A stretch of DNA of 64,000 bases from Promethearchaeota archaeon. Lineage in GTDB: Archaea; Asgardarchaeota; Thorarchaeia; Thorarchaeales; Thorarchaeaceae. A program made the position numbers and the translations under genes. Location: positions 83,608-147,607 of the forward strand of contig WJMJ01000022.1 in the NCBI GenBank assembly GCA_014728035.1, given 5' to 3'. The notes under the pieces were generated by a model, which saw only the letters and a list, made by a program, of their open reading frames with translations, had not been told where the DNA came from and did no database searches. Within the stretch, counting starts at the first letter, position 1. Every line of letters starts with the position of its first letter. Below, piece after piece: positions 8,936-18,217 of this stretch.

Positions 8936-9433
8936 TCATTTGACTGGTAGTTGAAGCTCGGTCTGAAGTTCTTCTGGAGCAACTTCTTGTGGATTATTAT
9001 GATAGAGTTCTCGCAGAGGACCTACAATCTTAAGTCCTCTTTTCTTCGCAAATGCAAATACCTGCCCATAGATGTCCTTGCACAAATCCGAGTACGGCCC
9101 ATAACACATCATTGACACAACCTTACCCCCTGTAATGATATGGTATTCAAGGTCTCCTTGGATTTTTGGCTCCTTACTCACCGGAACAGCTATCTCAAAT
9201 TGCATGTTCTCTGGATCGAATTCTGTATTAAGATCTATATACATCGGTGGTCCTGCAGGATGTACACCACTTCGTGCATTTTCAGACTTGCTAATCTCTC
9301 CAAAAATTTGTCCCATTGCAGGACCTATCAATTTTGATAAGTCGTTTGTTGTGATGCCTTCAAACTTCTTTCCAATGACTTTCAAATCGGATATTTTCTT
9401 GATTATTGGTTCTTCTGTTCTCATAGTAATCAT
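8936..9433 (-). CDS. Stand-alone GyrI-like small-molecule-binding protein
   Basis: FEIAVPV, YGPY, GPLRELYHNNPQEVAPEELQTELQLPV; closely parallels the C-terminal domain of the neighbouring MerR. Confidence 0.88.
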   Translation of the reverse strand: MITMRTEEPIIKKISDLKVIGKKFEGITTNDLSKLIGPAMGQIFGEISKSENARSGVHPAGPPMYIDLNTEFDPENMQFEIAVPVSKEPKIQGDLEYHIITGGKVVSMMCYGPYSDLCKDIYGQVFAFAKKRGLKIVGPLRELYHNNPQEVAPEELQTELQLPVK

Positions 9434-9484
9434 TCCGTTATTTGTTGTAGCATTTCACTACAGTATTAATCAGAACTCAAACCA

Positions 9485-9518
9485 ATATAACACACAGGAG
9501 TTTCACCTAGGTGAGAGT
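9485..9518 (-). promoter_or_regulatory. Putative MerR/BmrR operator palindrome plus TATA box for the GyrI-MerR operon
   Basis: TCACCTAGGTGA perfect palindrome at 9503-9514; TTATAT at 9490-9485 on the minus strand. Confidence 0.55.
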
Positions 9519-9524
9519 TTCGAA

Positions 9525-10331
9525 TTAGTCATCAATAATTCTCTCATGCCCAATTGGACATGTGCCATATGTACAATCATAAAATCCCTGGTCATAAACT
9601 ACTCTCGTAAGATAGTGGTTTTTACAGTATATCTTATCACATTTTGGACAATATGCATCGATGCCATCTTCAATGAAGGTGTTCTTCTCTAAATGATTGT
9701 GTACTTCTCGTATGTTCCCTTCATCAAGTAGGTCGAAGATGGAGCTGTTAAGTTGAAAATCAAGAGTCGTACTCTTTGTAATCCCCTTATAGTTAATTTT
9801 TCCACTACCATCATCTGCAATCGGCCCAAGTGTAAAAGATACCGCTAACTCTCCACATACTGCACAGAGAAGATGAAATTCCATTGGGCCCGTCTTTACT
9901 ATGGTCTTCTCAGGTGGTGATGACTTCTTTTCAGGTAGATATACTTGAATAGCTTGATGTAGGGATTCGATTACCTTTTGAAACACTTCTTTCAGATCCT
10001 CTTGAATTTTTAAAGACCTATTATTTTGAACTGTTTCTACTTCACTTAGAACCTGCTGAAATTTTTCTTCGGCCACTCTGAGAAATTGCTTTGCATTATC
10101 CGCACGTTGGTTTCTTTCTGTACCTTCCAATGATGGACATGATTTTAGTAGCTGCCATGATGATACCACACTAAAGTATAGGTCTCGTAAATCTACCTTC
10201 CATATGCTATCCATTGAATTGTCTTCTTGAGATTCAAAGAGCTTGAGGATTTCTTCTCTAACTTTGTCCAAAGCGTCTATCTCTCTTCGGATATCCCATA
10301 TTTGTGTATCATCGGGTCTTCTATCGTCCAT
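9525..10331 (-). CDS. Hypothetical protein: helical N-terminus, Cys/His-rich C-terminal Zn-binding domain
   Basis: CAVC ... CPKCDKIYCKNH ... CTYGTCPIGH. Confidence 0.7.
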   Translation of the reverse strand: MDDRRPDDTQIWDIRREIDALDKVREEILKLFESQEDNSMDSIWKVDLRDLYFSVVSSWQLLKSCPSLEGTERNQRADNAKQFLRVAEEKFQQVLSEVETVQNNRSLKIQEDLKEVFQKVIESLHQAIQVYLPEKKSSPPEKTIVKTGPMEFHLLCAVCGELAVSFTLGPIADDGSGKINYKGITKSTTLDFQLNSSIFDLLDEGNIREVHNHLEKNTFIEDGIDAYCPKCDKIYCKNHYLTRVVYDQGFYDCTYGTCPIGHERIIDD

Positions 10332-10397
10332 ATCACATACTCATAGGTGGAATGCGACTTAAAGCCTCTGGAGAATTCTTCTTTGAAATAATAAGAA

Positions 10398-10415
10398 AGG
10401 TGGGAATTCCCACCT
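10398..10415 (-). terminator. Perfect palindrome/hairpin just after the FAD-oxidoreductase operon
   Basis: AGGTGGGAATTCCCACCT, 13 nt past the stop codon, followed by a T-rich run on the minus strand. Confidence 0.5.
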
Positions 10416-10428
10416 CTTACAATCTTTC

Positions 10429-12192
10429 TCAGTATGGTGCTAATATCGTAGCATCAAACGCTTCACGTATCTTCTTAGTCAAGCTCCATAATTTTGGCAT
10501 GGTTTCACTCTCTACCATCTCTCTTTCCAATTTTGGATGATTGAAGAAATAGAAACCTTGGTTGAGAGCACGAAGCGTGAATTCACGAAGAGCTCTTGAT
10601 GTGAGGTCCTTCTCATGTTGACTGGTAGGATCGATTTGTATAACGAACTCCACACACGCAAAGTGTGGACCAGCTCCAGGAAGTATCATCAATCCCCATA
10701 GATGCTCTTTTACCGCCTCGGGGTATATCTCCTCTAAGGTTGTAGCAAACAGATCTATACATTCTTGGACTCTGCTTGGAGCAACACGTCCCGATTTGAA
10801 AAGGAGGCCCCCTTTCTTTCTCATAAGACGAGCTGTGATTTCGTTGTATTCCAGCATCTTTCCTCCTCTAATCAACCAATCGTATCGATAGTCCTCCATT
10901 CCAGAGTTCTTCATCAGGATGTATACCGATTCAGGATCGGCATCTGGATTATGGGGCCAGAAGAAATGTTTCTGATAGTCAGTTGCATCTCGTATCTTCT
11001 CGGTGTTGATTTCTTTATTCTCGAGGATGGCCTGGAATCTTCTTTCATCTAATTGCACTTTTCTTTTTGTTCCCATGAGGAATAATAGATTTACATATTT
11101 GATACCTTGAAGAGCCAGAAATCCTTTGAAGACTTCTTGGTATGATTCTCTCTCCTTGTATTTCCTTCCTTTTGTCATGACTTTGATACCCGTAATCAGA
11201 GCTTTGAGCTTGCTTTTGATTGTCGCTTCGACCCGTTCAACATCACGATTTGAATGTTGAGCTGCAAGAGCATTATCCTCTGGCACCCCAATTAACCCAC
11301 CAAATCCAATCTCCCGTTCAGCAGCTTCAGTAATGACCCTCATTGAATTCTCAATATTTGTAAATCCATGACACAGAATCTTTACTTTGTCTGGTTTCTT
11401 GTACACCTTGACGCACATCTTAGTAACAATTCCATTGCCACCAACACTCTGATGCGGGAAACCTGTCAAGTCCGGTCCCCATGCTTGTACACTTACTCTC
11501 CCACCATCTAGTTCTGGATCTGTTCTGACTCCTGGTTTTCGATGCTCTATTTTCATTCGTGCATCCACTAATGAGCCAGTCGTTACTATTTCGCCATTTG
11601 GAAGTACCATTTCTACTCCAACAGTTTCCATGGCACCATAACCATACTTTCCTGAGAAGAACTTGAAACCCGCATAGAGGTTATTTCCAACCACACTAGC
11701 TGAGCCTGGTGCTCCTGGCACATTTATTCTCAGATTGTGTTGCTCAAGTGCTGCTTGCGCTCGGGCATAGCTTACAAAAGGTTCTACTGTAATTGTGAGA
11801 CCGTCACGATCCACTTCTATTACACGATTCATCCGTTTGAAGTCTATCATTATTCCTCGAAACAGTGCAATTGCCATGCCTCCCGTATTCACATTAGTTG
11901 ACATTACATGTACTGGTATTTGATGTTTAGAAGCAATTTTACATACATGTGCAATCTCCTCAGCACTTCCTGGCAAAACAACAATGTCGGGTACACGGTA
12001 GTCTTCAACGTTGACACTACCACTTCCGGATGAGTCTTTGCTGTATGCTACTCGGATTGCCCAGTCTCTCGAAACATATCTTGATTCAATATTTGAGGTA
12101 AGGTCTTTGACAACCGCTTCTGCTAGCTCTGTATCCATCTCTTCATACTGTGAAAGTATTCTCTTTGATTCATCTAGAATCTGTTTCTCCAT
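10429..12192 (-). CDS. FAD-binding oxidoreductase (VAO/PCMH/GlcD-like, FAD_binding_4)
   Basis: PDIVVLPGSAEEI, GIMIDFKRMNRVIEVD, ITVEPFVS, GVEMVLPNGEIV, GNGIVTKM; start taken at MEKQ after GGAGGT. Confidence 0.85.
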   Translation of the reverse strand: MEKQILDESKRILSQYEEMDTELAEAVVKDLTSNIESRYVSRDWAIRVAYSKDSSGSGSVNVEDYRVPDIVVLPGSAEEIAHVCKIASKHQIPVHVMSTNVNTGGMAIALFRGIMIDFKRMNRVIEVDRDGLTITVEPFVSYARAQAALEQHNLRINVPGAPGSASVVGNNLYAGFKFFSGKYGYGAMETVGVEMVLPNGEIVTTGSLVDARMKIEHRKPGVRTDPELDGGRVSVQAWGPDLTGFPHQSVGGNGIVTKMCVKVYKKPDKVKILCHGFTNIENSMRVITEAAEREIGFGGLIGVPEDNALAAQHSNRDVERVEATIKSKLKALITGIKVMTKGRKYKERESYQEVFKGFLALQGIKYVNLLFLMGTKRKVQLDERRFQAILENKEINTEKIRDATDYQKHFFWPHNPDADPESVYILMKNSGMEDYRYDWLIRGGKMLEYNEITARLMRKKGGLLFKSGRVAPSRVQECIDLFATTLEEIYPEAVKEHLWGLMILPGAGPHFACVEFVIQIDPTSQHEKDLTSRALREFTLRALNQGFYFFNHPKLEREMVESETMPKLWSLTKKIREAFDATILAPY

Positions 12193-12193
12193 T

Positions 12194-13426
12194 TTAATTA
12201 CCTCCCATAGATTTTCTAACCAATTCCGTAAGTTCAATTACCTCTAAGGGCTTTTCACCTGATTCTAATGCCTCTTTTTTGGCACCATCCTCAAGTCCTC
12301 TTACACAGAATGGGCATGCGGTAACAAAGGTATCAGCACCTTTCTCTCTGGCTTCACTTACTCTAAGTTTAGCGATATATTCTGCATATTCTGGCAATCC
12401 TGCCTTCACGCCTCCACCTGAACCACAACATAGAGTTGCATCCTTTTCTCTATCAAGAGATACTCTTTCAGAACCTGGGATATTATCAATAACCTGTCTA
12501 GGCTCATCATATACAGCGTCAGGAAACATGTGTCGACCTAGGTGACATGGGTCATGATATGCAATCCTCATGTTCATCGGTTGATTCATTTTAAGATCTC
12601 CCGAGCTGATTTTTTCTGCCATATACTGTGTGATATGGATAGTTTCGAAGGGAAGTGGTTCTCCGAGAATTCTAGGCCAATCTTTCACTACTGTACGATA
12701 ACAGCCAGCACAGGAAAAGATGACAGTACCAGCTCCTGATTCATTGATTACTCGTACATTCTCTCTCACTAGACGTTCGACATCATCCAATTGACCGGTC
12801 CGTATCAAAGGCGACCCACAACAGATTTCTTTCGAACTCACGGAATAGTCTGCACCGGTTGAGTCAAGGATAGAGGTCGTTGCTTTGGCAATATCCTGAT
12901 ATCGATATCCAGTCGTACAACCAACAAAATAGAATACATCAGTGTCTGCTTTGTCTCGTTTTGAGTCATTCTCTATCCATGTGTTTCTTTCACCGGATTC
13001 TCCATATGGATTGTCTACTCTACGTATGCTGTCTGCAAATTTTTTCTGACTAGGCAAAGGACCGATTCCCTGCTCTACTAGTAGGGCTCGAATTCCTTCA
13101 GTTACGTGGACCGGAAGTACATTTGTATCGTTAACATAACGACACGTTGCCTCGCAAGCTCCACATGTTGTGCAAGAGAATATAATTTGCTCAAGAGCTT
13201 TCGAGTCTCTGATTGGAAATTCTTCTCTTAGTATTGCTCGAGCCAGTTCATTTCTCCCTGGTGAGAAATACGCATCAAAACCAAAATAGAGTCCTGCTGG
13301 ACAGGTATCTGAGAATTTTTCGGATTCGGTTATGGATGGTAGAGTATGATAACAGAGTCCACAATGAACACAACTAAGGGCGGATTCTAATAGTTTCTCT
13401 CTTGTAAGTTTTTGTTCTACGGTCAT
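12194..13426 (-). CDS. (Fe-S)-binding oxidoreductase, HdrD/GlpC/GlcF-like, two CCG domains
   Basis: CVHCGLC, CTTCGACEATC, YFVGC, EICCG, CAGC, YHDPCHLGR, CCGSGGG, TACPFC. Confidence 0.9.
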   Translation of the reverse strand: MTVEQKLTREKLLESALSCVHCGLCYHTLPSITESEKFSDTCPAGLYFGFDAYFSPGRNELARAILREEFPIRDSKALEQIIFSCTTCGACEATCRYVNDTNVLPVHVTEGIRALLVEQGIGPLPSQKKFADSIRRVDNPYGESGERNTWIENDSKRDKADTDVFYFVGCTTGYRYQDIAKATTSILDSTGADYSVSSKEICCGSPLIRTGQLDDVERLVRENVRVINESGAGTVIFSCAGCYRTVVKDWPRILGEPLPFETIHITQYMAEKISSGDLKMNQPMNMRIAYHDPCHLGRHMFPDAVYDEPRQVIDNIPGSERVSLDREKDATLCCGSGGGVKAGLPEYAEYIAKLRVSEAREKGADTFVTACPFCVRGLEDGAKKEALESGEKPLEVIELTELVRKSMGGN

Positions 13427-13428
13427 CT

Positions 13429-14916
13429 CTATGCACCTCCAATGTTGGATGGAATACCTCCTTCACCGTTGAACAGCATGGATGGGTGAAGGATATTTTG
13501 AGGGTCCATTACTCCTTTTAGCCGTCGCAATGATTGATAGTATGGCTGAAGCTCTGTTCTCTTATAGACAAGTTCGGAAACAATCGAGTTTCGGGGCACA
13601 TTGATTATACCTCCATTGTCCATTACAGTTTGGTACATTCCTCTGTAGAGTTGTAGTAAATCCACTTCTCCGATCATCGGTAGATTATCAGGTTGAATGT
13701 TTCTCTCTCCATAGAATATATCGTATTCGCAGAAGTAAGTTCTTCCAAGTTCGATTGAATTCATCAGGAATCCAATCTGTTCATCCTCATTTACTCCCAC
13801 ACTCTGAAGATATTCCGTTACTGCTCCTCGAACTGATGATAATCTTCCAGCAGTGGAGTAGTACTCAACTCTGACATGAGGGTCATACTCAAAATGATTA
13901 ATTGCACTGGTGGGTTTCGTAAACTCCTCTTTCAGCATTACTTCAAGTCCAGTGGTTGGTGCATCTCTTGACAAACTCAGATTGTGATCAGCAGCAGCTT
14001 CCTCCAAATCTTTTCTTTCGACTTCAATAAGGTCAGACTCGCCACCAAGTGCAAAGATTGCGTTCCATTTTGGTAAATTGTTGGTAAGCTTGTCATAAGT
14101 TTCTATAGAAGATGCAGCTAGTCCTGCAAGCATTTTGTTATCCAGAAGTAAGACTGACTGGGCTGCTTCTGTAGAAAGGGTCATTTTTCGAGTGTCTTGG
14201 ACCAGTTTTTGTAGATTATCACTCTCACAAAAGAGAAACTCGTACTCATTTAGTCTATACTTCATTTTACAGCTGGCTTGAGATACAATACCAAATGCTC
14301 CCATTCCTCCTAGGATAAGTCTTCCAACATCCATTCTTGGTGAAAATGGGCAGTCTCCTTGTGGTGTTCCCGTTTCAAGTCCATCAGACCCGGTGGCTAC
14401 CATTTCTCCATCAGTATTAGTAAACATGTAAGTAAGAAGCATCCAGTCCTGTTCATATCCATGACGATTAGCTTCAAGCAATGGATAACGTCCGTAGTAT
14501 GTACTTAGAACCGAGGTGTCCGCAGGCATCCGAATGGGTGTGATAACCCGAAATCCATCTTCTTCTAACGATTTGTTCAATTTGCGAAAAGTGAGCCCTG
14601 GTTCGATATCAACACTCATTCCATCAAATGACTTGTTGATAGATATAGTCCCATTTAGTTGACTCATATCTATTATGATACTTTGTTGTGATGATAGTGT
14701 ACTTCCATGAAAATCATAGCTCGAACTAACCGGAACCAATGCAAGTTTGTGCTTTGATGCGATTTTTACAATACTTGAAATTTCGCTTCTATCGGTTGGT
14801 TGAACAACAGCTTGAGCTTGTCCTTCAATCAACGGAAAGAAGCGGTTAATTTGAAATTTATTCAAGACCTGTTCTTCAGCTAAGAAATTACCAAGGTCTT
14901 TTCTCCATTCATTCAT
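13429..14916 (-). CDS. FAD-binding oxidoreductase (second VAO/GlcD-like subunit)
   Basis: AVVQPTDRSEI, IIIDMSQLN, VDIEPGLTF, GAFGIVS, LKGVMDPQNILHP. Confidence 0.82.
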   Translation of the reverse strand: MNEWRKDLGNFLAEEQVLNKFQINRFFPLIEGQAQAVVQPTDRSEISSIVKIASKHKLALVPVSSSYDFHGSTLSSQQSIIIDMSQLNGTISINKSFDGMSVDIEPGLTFRKLNKSLEEDGFRVITPIRMPADTSVLSTYYGRYPLLEANRHGYEQDWMLLTYMFTNTDGEMVATGSDGLETGTPQGDCPFSPRMDVGRLILGGMGAFGIVSQASCKMKYRLNEYEFLFCESDNLQKLVQDTRKMTLSTEAAQSVLLLDNKMLAGLAASSIETYDKLTNNLPKWNAIFALGGESDLIEVERKDLEEAAADHNLSLSRDAPTTGLEVMLKEEFTKPTSAINHFEYDPHVRVEYYSTAGRLSSVRGAVTEYLQSVGVNEDEQIGFLMNSIELGRTYFCEYDIFYGERNIQPDNLPMIGEVDLLQLYRGMYQTVMDNGGIINVPRNSIVSELVYKRTELQPYYQSLRRLKGVMDPQNILHPSMLFNGEGGIPSNIGGA

Positions 14917-15099
14917 TTCCTAAACCTCTCTCTCCTCGACCAAGATTCTATGTCATTATAAAATGAATCAAAGTCATGATGTGCTTTTGAGGCACTCAAG
15001 TCACATCCTTATCAAATTTACTCAAAAAATAAACTAAAACAATAAACGAATGTTACAGACTGAAAGAAATCTGAAACTTACGAATTCTAAGCTTGGATC

Positions 15100-15309
15100 C
15101 TATTCCGTTGGTTTGTATTCGCCTGTATAAAACTCGTCTAGCTTTCCCTCATCTGATGCCATTTCAGCAAGTCTTGTTCGCTCTCGTACTTGATCTTGAT
15201 TCAAGCATCTATGACATTCTCCACAGTACATCTCTCTGATGTGCCATTTATTGTAACGTTTTCTTCTTTTGGTACTACCACAATATGGGCAAGGTTCAAC
15301 ATCTGTCAT
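15100..15309 (-). CDS. Small CPxCG zinc-finger protein
   Basis: CPYCG and CGEC pairs in 69 aa; GAGGA SD upstream. Confidence 0.75.
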   Translation of the reverse strand: MTDVEPCPYCGSTKRRKRYNKWHIREMYCGECHRCLNQDQVRERTRLAEMASDEGKLDEFYTGEYKPTE

Positions 15310-15953
15310 ATCCTCACTTCTGCGTATAAACTGATAAGTATCTTGTAGATAGTCGATAGTGGACTATTTTTCTTAGTTCGCAGTAGATGACTTGTCGTTA
15401 GAAAACTACAAAGATGTGGAATGGTTTTAGAACGAAGTAGATGAACCTGATATTCCCTTCACGATTCGTTATTTGGATTGTGGAATTCTTACTTTATCTA
15501 TGAAAGCAAAACCTGAGAATCTTGAAATAAAAAATACTCGCTTAAGATCAGTAGATGGTAAAAAAATGTAAGCTTTCCCATTCCCCAACCTATACAATTC
15601 GAAACCGATTCCACACTCATTCTCATAAGTATTGATGAAGGCCCACTTTACAAATCTCCCACTACGTGCGACAAATGGGATATCTAGTGATGAGATGATT
15701 CACTGTATTTTGAAAACAGAACGACTTACCGCTGTGAAGACTAATACAGATTGACACCTCCCTCTTATAGAGGTGAACTCTGCTGAAAACTGACTCAGAA
15801 CATTATACTTATATGGTTTGCATCACAAACTGAAATTATATATGGTTTGTATAACAAACTATTATTCGGGAACGAAAGGAAAGTGTAAGGAATTAATTCG
15901 ATTGGTGTTAACCCTCGAAACTTTCGTTTTCACTGTTGGATGGAGTTCTAAAC

Positions 15954-17177
15954 ATGACAGAAAAATCAAAGGTCTACTATGGCTCTGTGATAGCTGGGCA
16001 ACCTGAGAGATTTGCAAACCCCTCAGAAAAGCTTGACAAGATACTTGAGCATTTAGACCTGAGTACTATTGAGAAGAAAGACAAGGTTGCAATTAAGATG
16101 CATCTTGGCTTCAATGATGGATACCAAACAGTACCTGTATTCTTTGTGCGTCGTATTGCTAAGGCAATCAAAGAGAAGGGCGCTTTTCCTTTTGTGACAG
16201 ACAATCCCACTGCAGTTTACAATGCAGCAGAACGTGGATATACCTCTGAAACTTGTGGATGTCCTTTGATTCCGATTGCGGGAGTCAAAGATGGCTATAC
16301 AACCAAAAAGGAGGTTGGATACAAGGGTGTTGAAGATCTTGACGCAGCTGGTGTCCTTCTAGATGCAGACGTTTTGATTAACTTAACACATACGAAAGGA
16401 CATGGTTCTTGTGGATATGGTGGTGCTTTCAAGAATATAGCACTTGGTGGTTATAGTGGCCCCTCACGATGGCACAAAATTCATGGAGTAGTTGCTTTTG
16501 ATTCGTATTTTGATAAAGAAAAAATGACAAAAGAACATATCCTCAAGTTACGTGAAGCATGTCCTAGAGATGCACCAACATGGAGTGAACAGAGAAAAGA
16601 GCCTACTATGGCTTTCTATGCCTGTGATCAATGTCATGGAGCTGAACCTAAACCCTGTGAAAAGGCTGATGATGGATTAACTGGTTGGAAGATACAGAAA
16701 GATAACTTCTATGCCTTTCAAGAGTTAATGGCACATGCATCAAAGCTAATTCTGGATTCTTTCGATAAAGAAAAAATGTTTCATCTAAACTTCATGATGG
16801 ACATCACGCCATATTGCGATTGCATGGGAATGGGAATGCCTGCTGTTATTCCTGATATTGGAATCACCGGAAGTCGTGACATTGTAGCTATTGAGTTTGC
16901 TAGTCTTGATCTTATTGGTGAAGCTGGCTTAATCGAAGGTGTTGTGAAGCAAATACCCCATAGCTATATGAGAATCAATCCTGATTTGACTACTGACCTT
17001 CATCCGTTCCAATTATTACATGGTCCATTCAAAGATCCTTACAAGGTTGCGGAATTTGGTGAAGAAATGGGACTAGGTTCTCGTGAATATGAGCTTATAG
17101 AGGTATTATCACCCAAAGAGACTGGAGAGATGGATAGCTCTGGACACACCTATGAAGGCGGAGCTACATTCTTCTAG
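15954..17177 (+). CDS. DUF362-family Fe-S protein
   Basis: KVAIKMHLG, THTKGH...YGGAFKNIALG, DITPYCDC, DIGI..SRDIVAIE. Confidence 0.85.
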   Translation: MTEKSKVYYGSVIAGQPERFANPSEKLDKILEHLDLSTIEKKDKVAIKMHLGFNDGYQTVPVFFVRRIAKAIKEKGAFPFVTDNPTAVYNAAERGYTSETCGCPLIPIAGVKDGYTTKKEVGYKGVEDLDAAGVLLDADVLINLTHTKGHGSCGYGGAFKNIALGGYSGPSRWHKIHGVVAFDSYFDKEKMTKEHILKLREACPRDAPTWSEQRKEPTMAFYACDQCHGAEPKPCEKADDGLTGWKIQKDNFYAFQELMAHASKLILDSFDKEKMFHLNFMMDITPYCDCMGMGMPAVIPDIGITGSRDIVAIEFASLDLIGEAGLIEGVVKQIPHSYMRINPDLTTDLHPFQLLHGPFKDPYKVAEFGEEMGLGSREYELIEVLSPKETGEMDSSGHTYEGGATFF

Positions 17178-17190
17178 TTTAGAATACTGT

Positions 17191-17213
17191 GACAGGTAAA
17201 TTCAGTGCCTGTC
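17191..17213. terminator. Hairpin between convergent DUF362 and TauE genes
   Basis: GACAGGTA-aattcag-TGCCTGTC (one G-U pair). Confidence 0.4.
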
Positions 17214-17219
17214 CCTATT

Positions 17220-18104
17220 CTATCTTTTATCAGTATCAACAATATCTTTCTTGTCATCTTTTCCATTTCTAGTTGCAACAACAATCAGTACTAAAAAGAT
17301 AACTACGGCAATTACACCAGCCACTGGATTTTGTACCAGTGTATCAAATATTGTATAAATACCTAATAATACCGCTGCGGTACCTACCGTTGGAATTAGC
17401 CGGTCTGGTTTTACAGCACTTACAAAATACGCTGCAAAAGGAGCTGATAGAATAGCACCAATCAGCAATGGAATCTCGAGCTGCAGAAACAGATCAAGAT
17501 TTAGTTCGGTTCTTTCTAGTAATACATAGAGTGCATAAGAGGTTCCGGTTGTAACTGCTTCTGCAGTAGCTGTAGAAGCTACCGCTTTTCTGCTCTCTCT
17601 CCCAGACAAGATTTGCCCTCCAGCTACTACTGCTCCATATCCTCCTCCACTCAAACTCTTATTTAATGAAGCGATAAATCCAATGATAGTGACTTTTCTG
17701 TAATTGAAACTCCATCTGAATTTTTGAGCCACAAGACTTCCAGTAATTATTACAGTAATGGCAACATATATTGTAATAAAAAGCTCAGAAAACGACACTG
17801 CAATACCCACTCCAACAGCTGCTCCTATCATTCCCATAGTTGACAAAATGGCTGATACCTTGAAGTCTTTGGATTCTGGGTCCGAACTAATAGTACCTGC
17901 AAGTCTATGAAGAAGAGCCGTGATGGCGGATGACACAAATTCCGAGAATAATATTGCTGGGACTACTCTATAGACTGAATATCCTCCAATTATCAGAACT
18001 GGTGCAAGAATTGTACCATATCCAAGTCCAAGTGTGGAATCAAAATATTTGCTAATGAAACCTGTTATGCACAATAATATGAATAATAGTGTAAACAAAT
18101 CCAT
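17220..18104 (-). CDS. Sulfite exporter TauE/SafE family membrane protein
   Basis: DSTLGLGYGTILAP and repeated SGGGYG, AVAST; about 9 hydrophobic segments. Confidence 0.85.
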   Translation of the reverse strand: MDLFTLLFILLCITGFISKYFDSTLGLGYGTILAPVLIIGGYSVYRVVPAILFSEFVSSAITALLHRLAGTISSDPESKDFKVSAILSTMGMIGAAVGVGIAVSFSELFITIYVAITVIITGSLVAQKFRWSFNYRKVTIIGFIASLNKSLSGGGYGAVVAGGQILSGRESRKAVASTATAEAVTTGTSYALYVLLERTELNLDLFLQLEIPLLIGAILSAPFAAYFVSAVKPDRLIPTVGTAAVLLGIYTIFDTLVQNPVAGVIAVVIFLVLIVVATRNGKDDKKDIVDTDKR

Positions 18105-18217
18105 TTTATTTCAGTCTATCATCAACACTTTTTCTAGGGATAGTATGAACATATTTTAATTTACCAGTATTGTACAATATTGGTAGATTGATGCTTTGCG
18201 ATATCCTATAGCCTATA

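Noticed and set aside
9135-9692. 185-aa plus-strand ORF and the many other 60-160 aa ORFs antisense to, or nested in, confident genes (e.g. 2102-2470, 24362-24781, 36087-36515, 40521-41006, 53629-54060)
   Set aside because: Shadow frames of well-supported genes, Ser/Ile/Phe-rich with no recognisable motifs
15818-16006. 62-aa ORF upstream of DUF362
   Set aside because: Spans the AT-rich promoter and overlaps the DUF362 start in another frame; no motif
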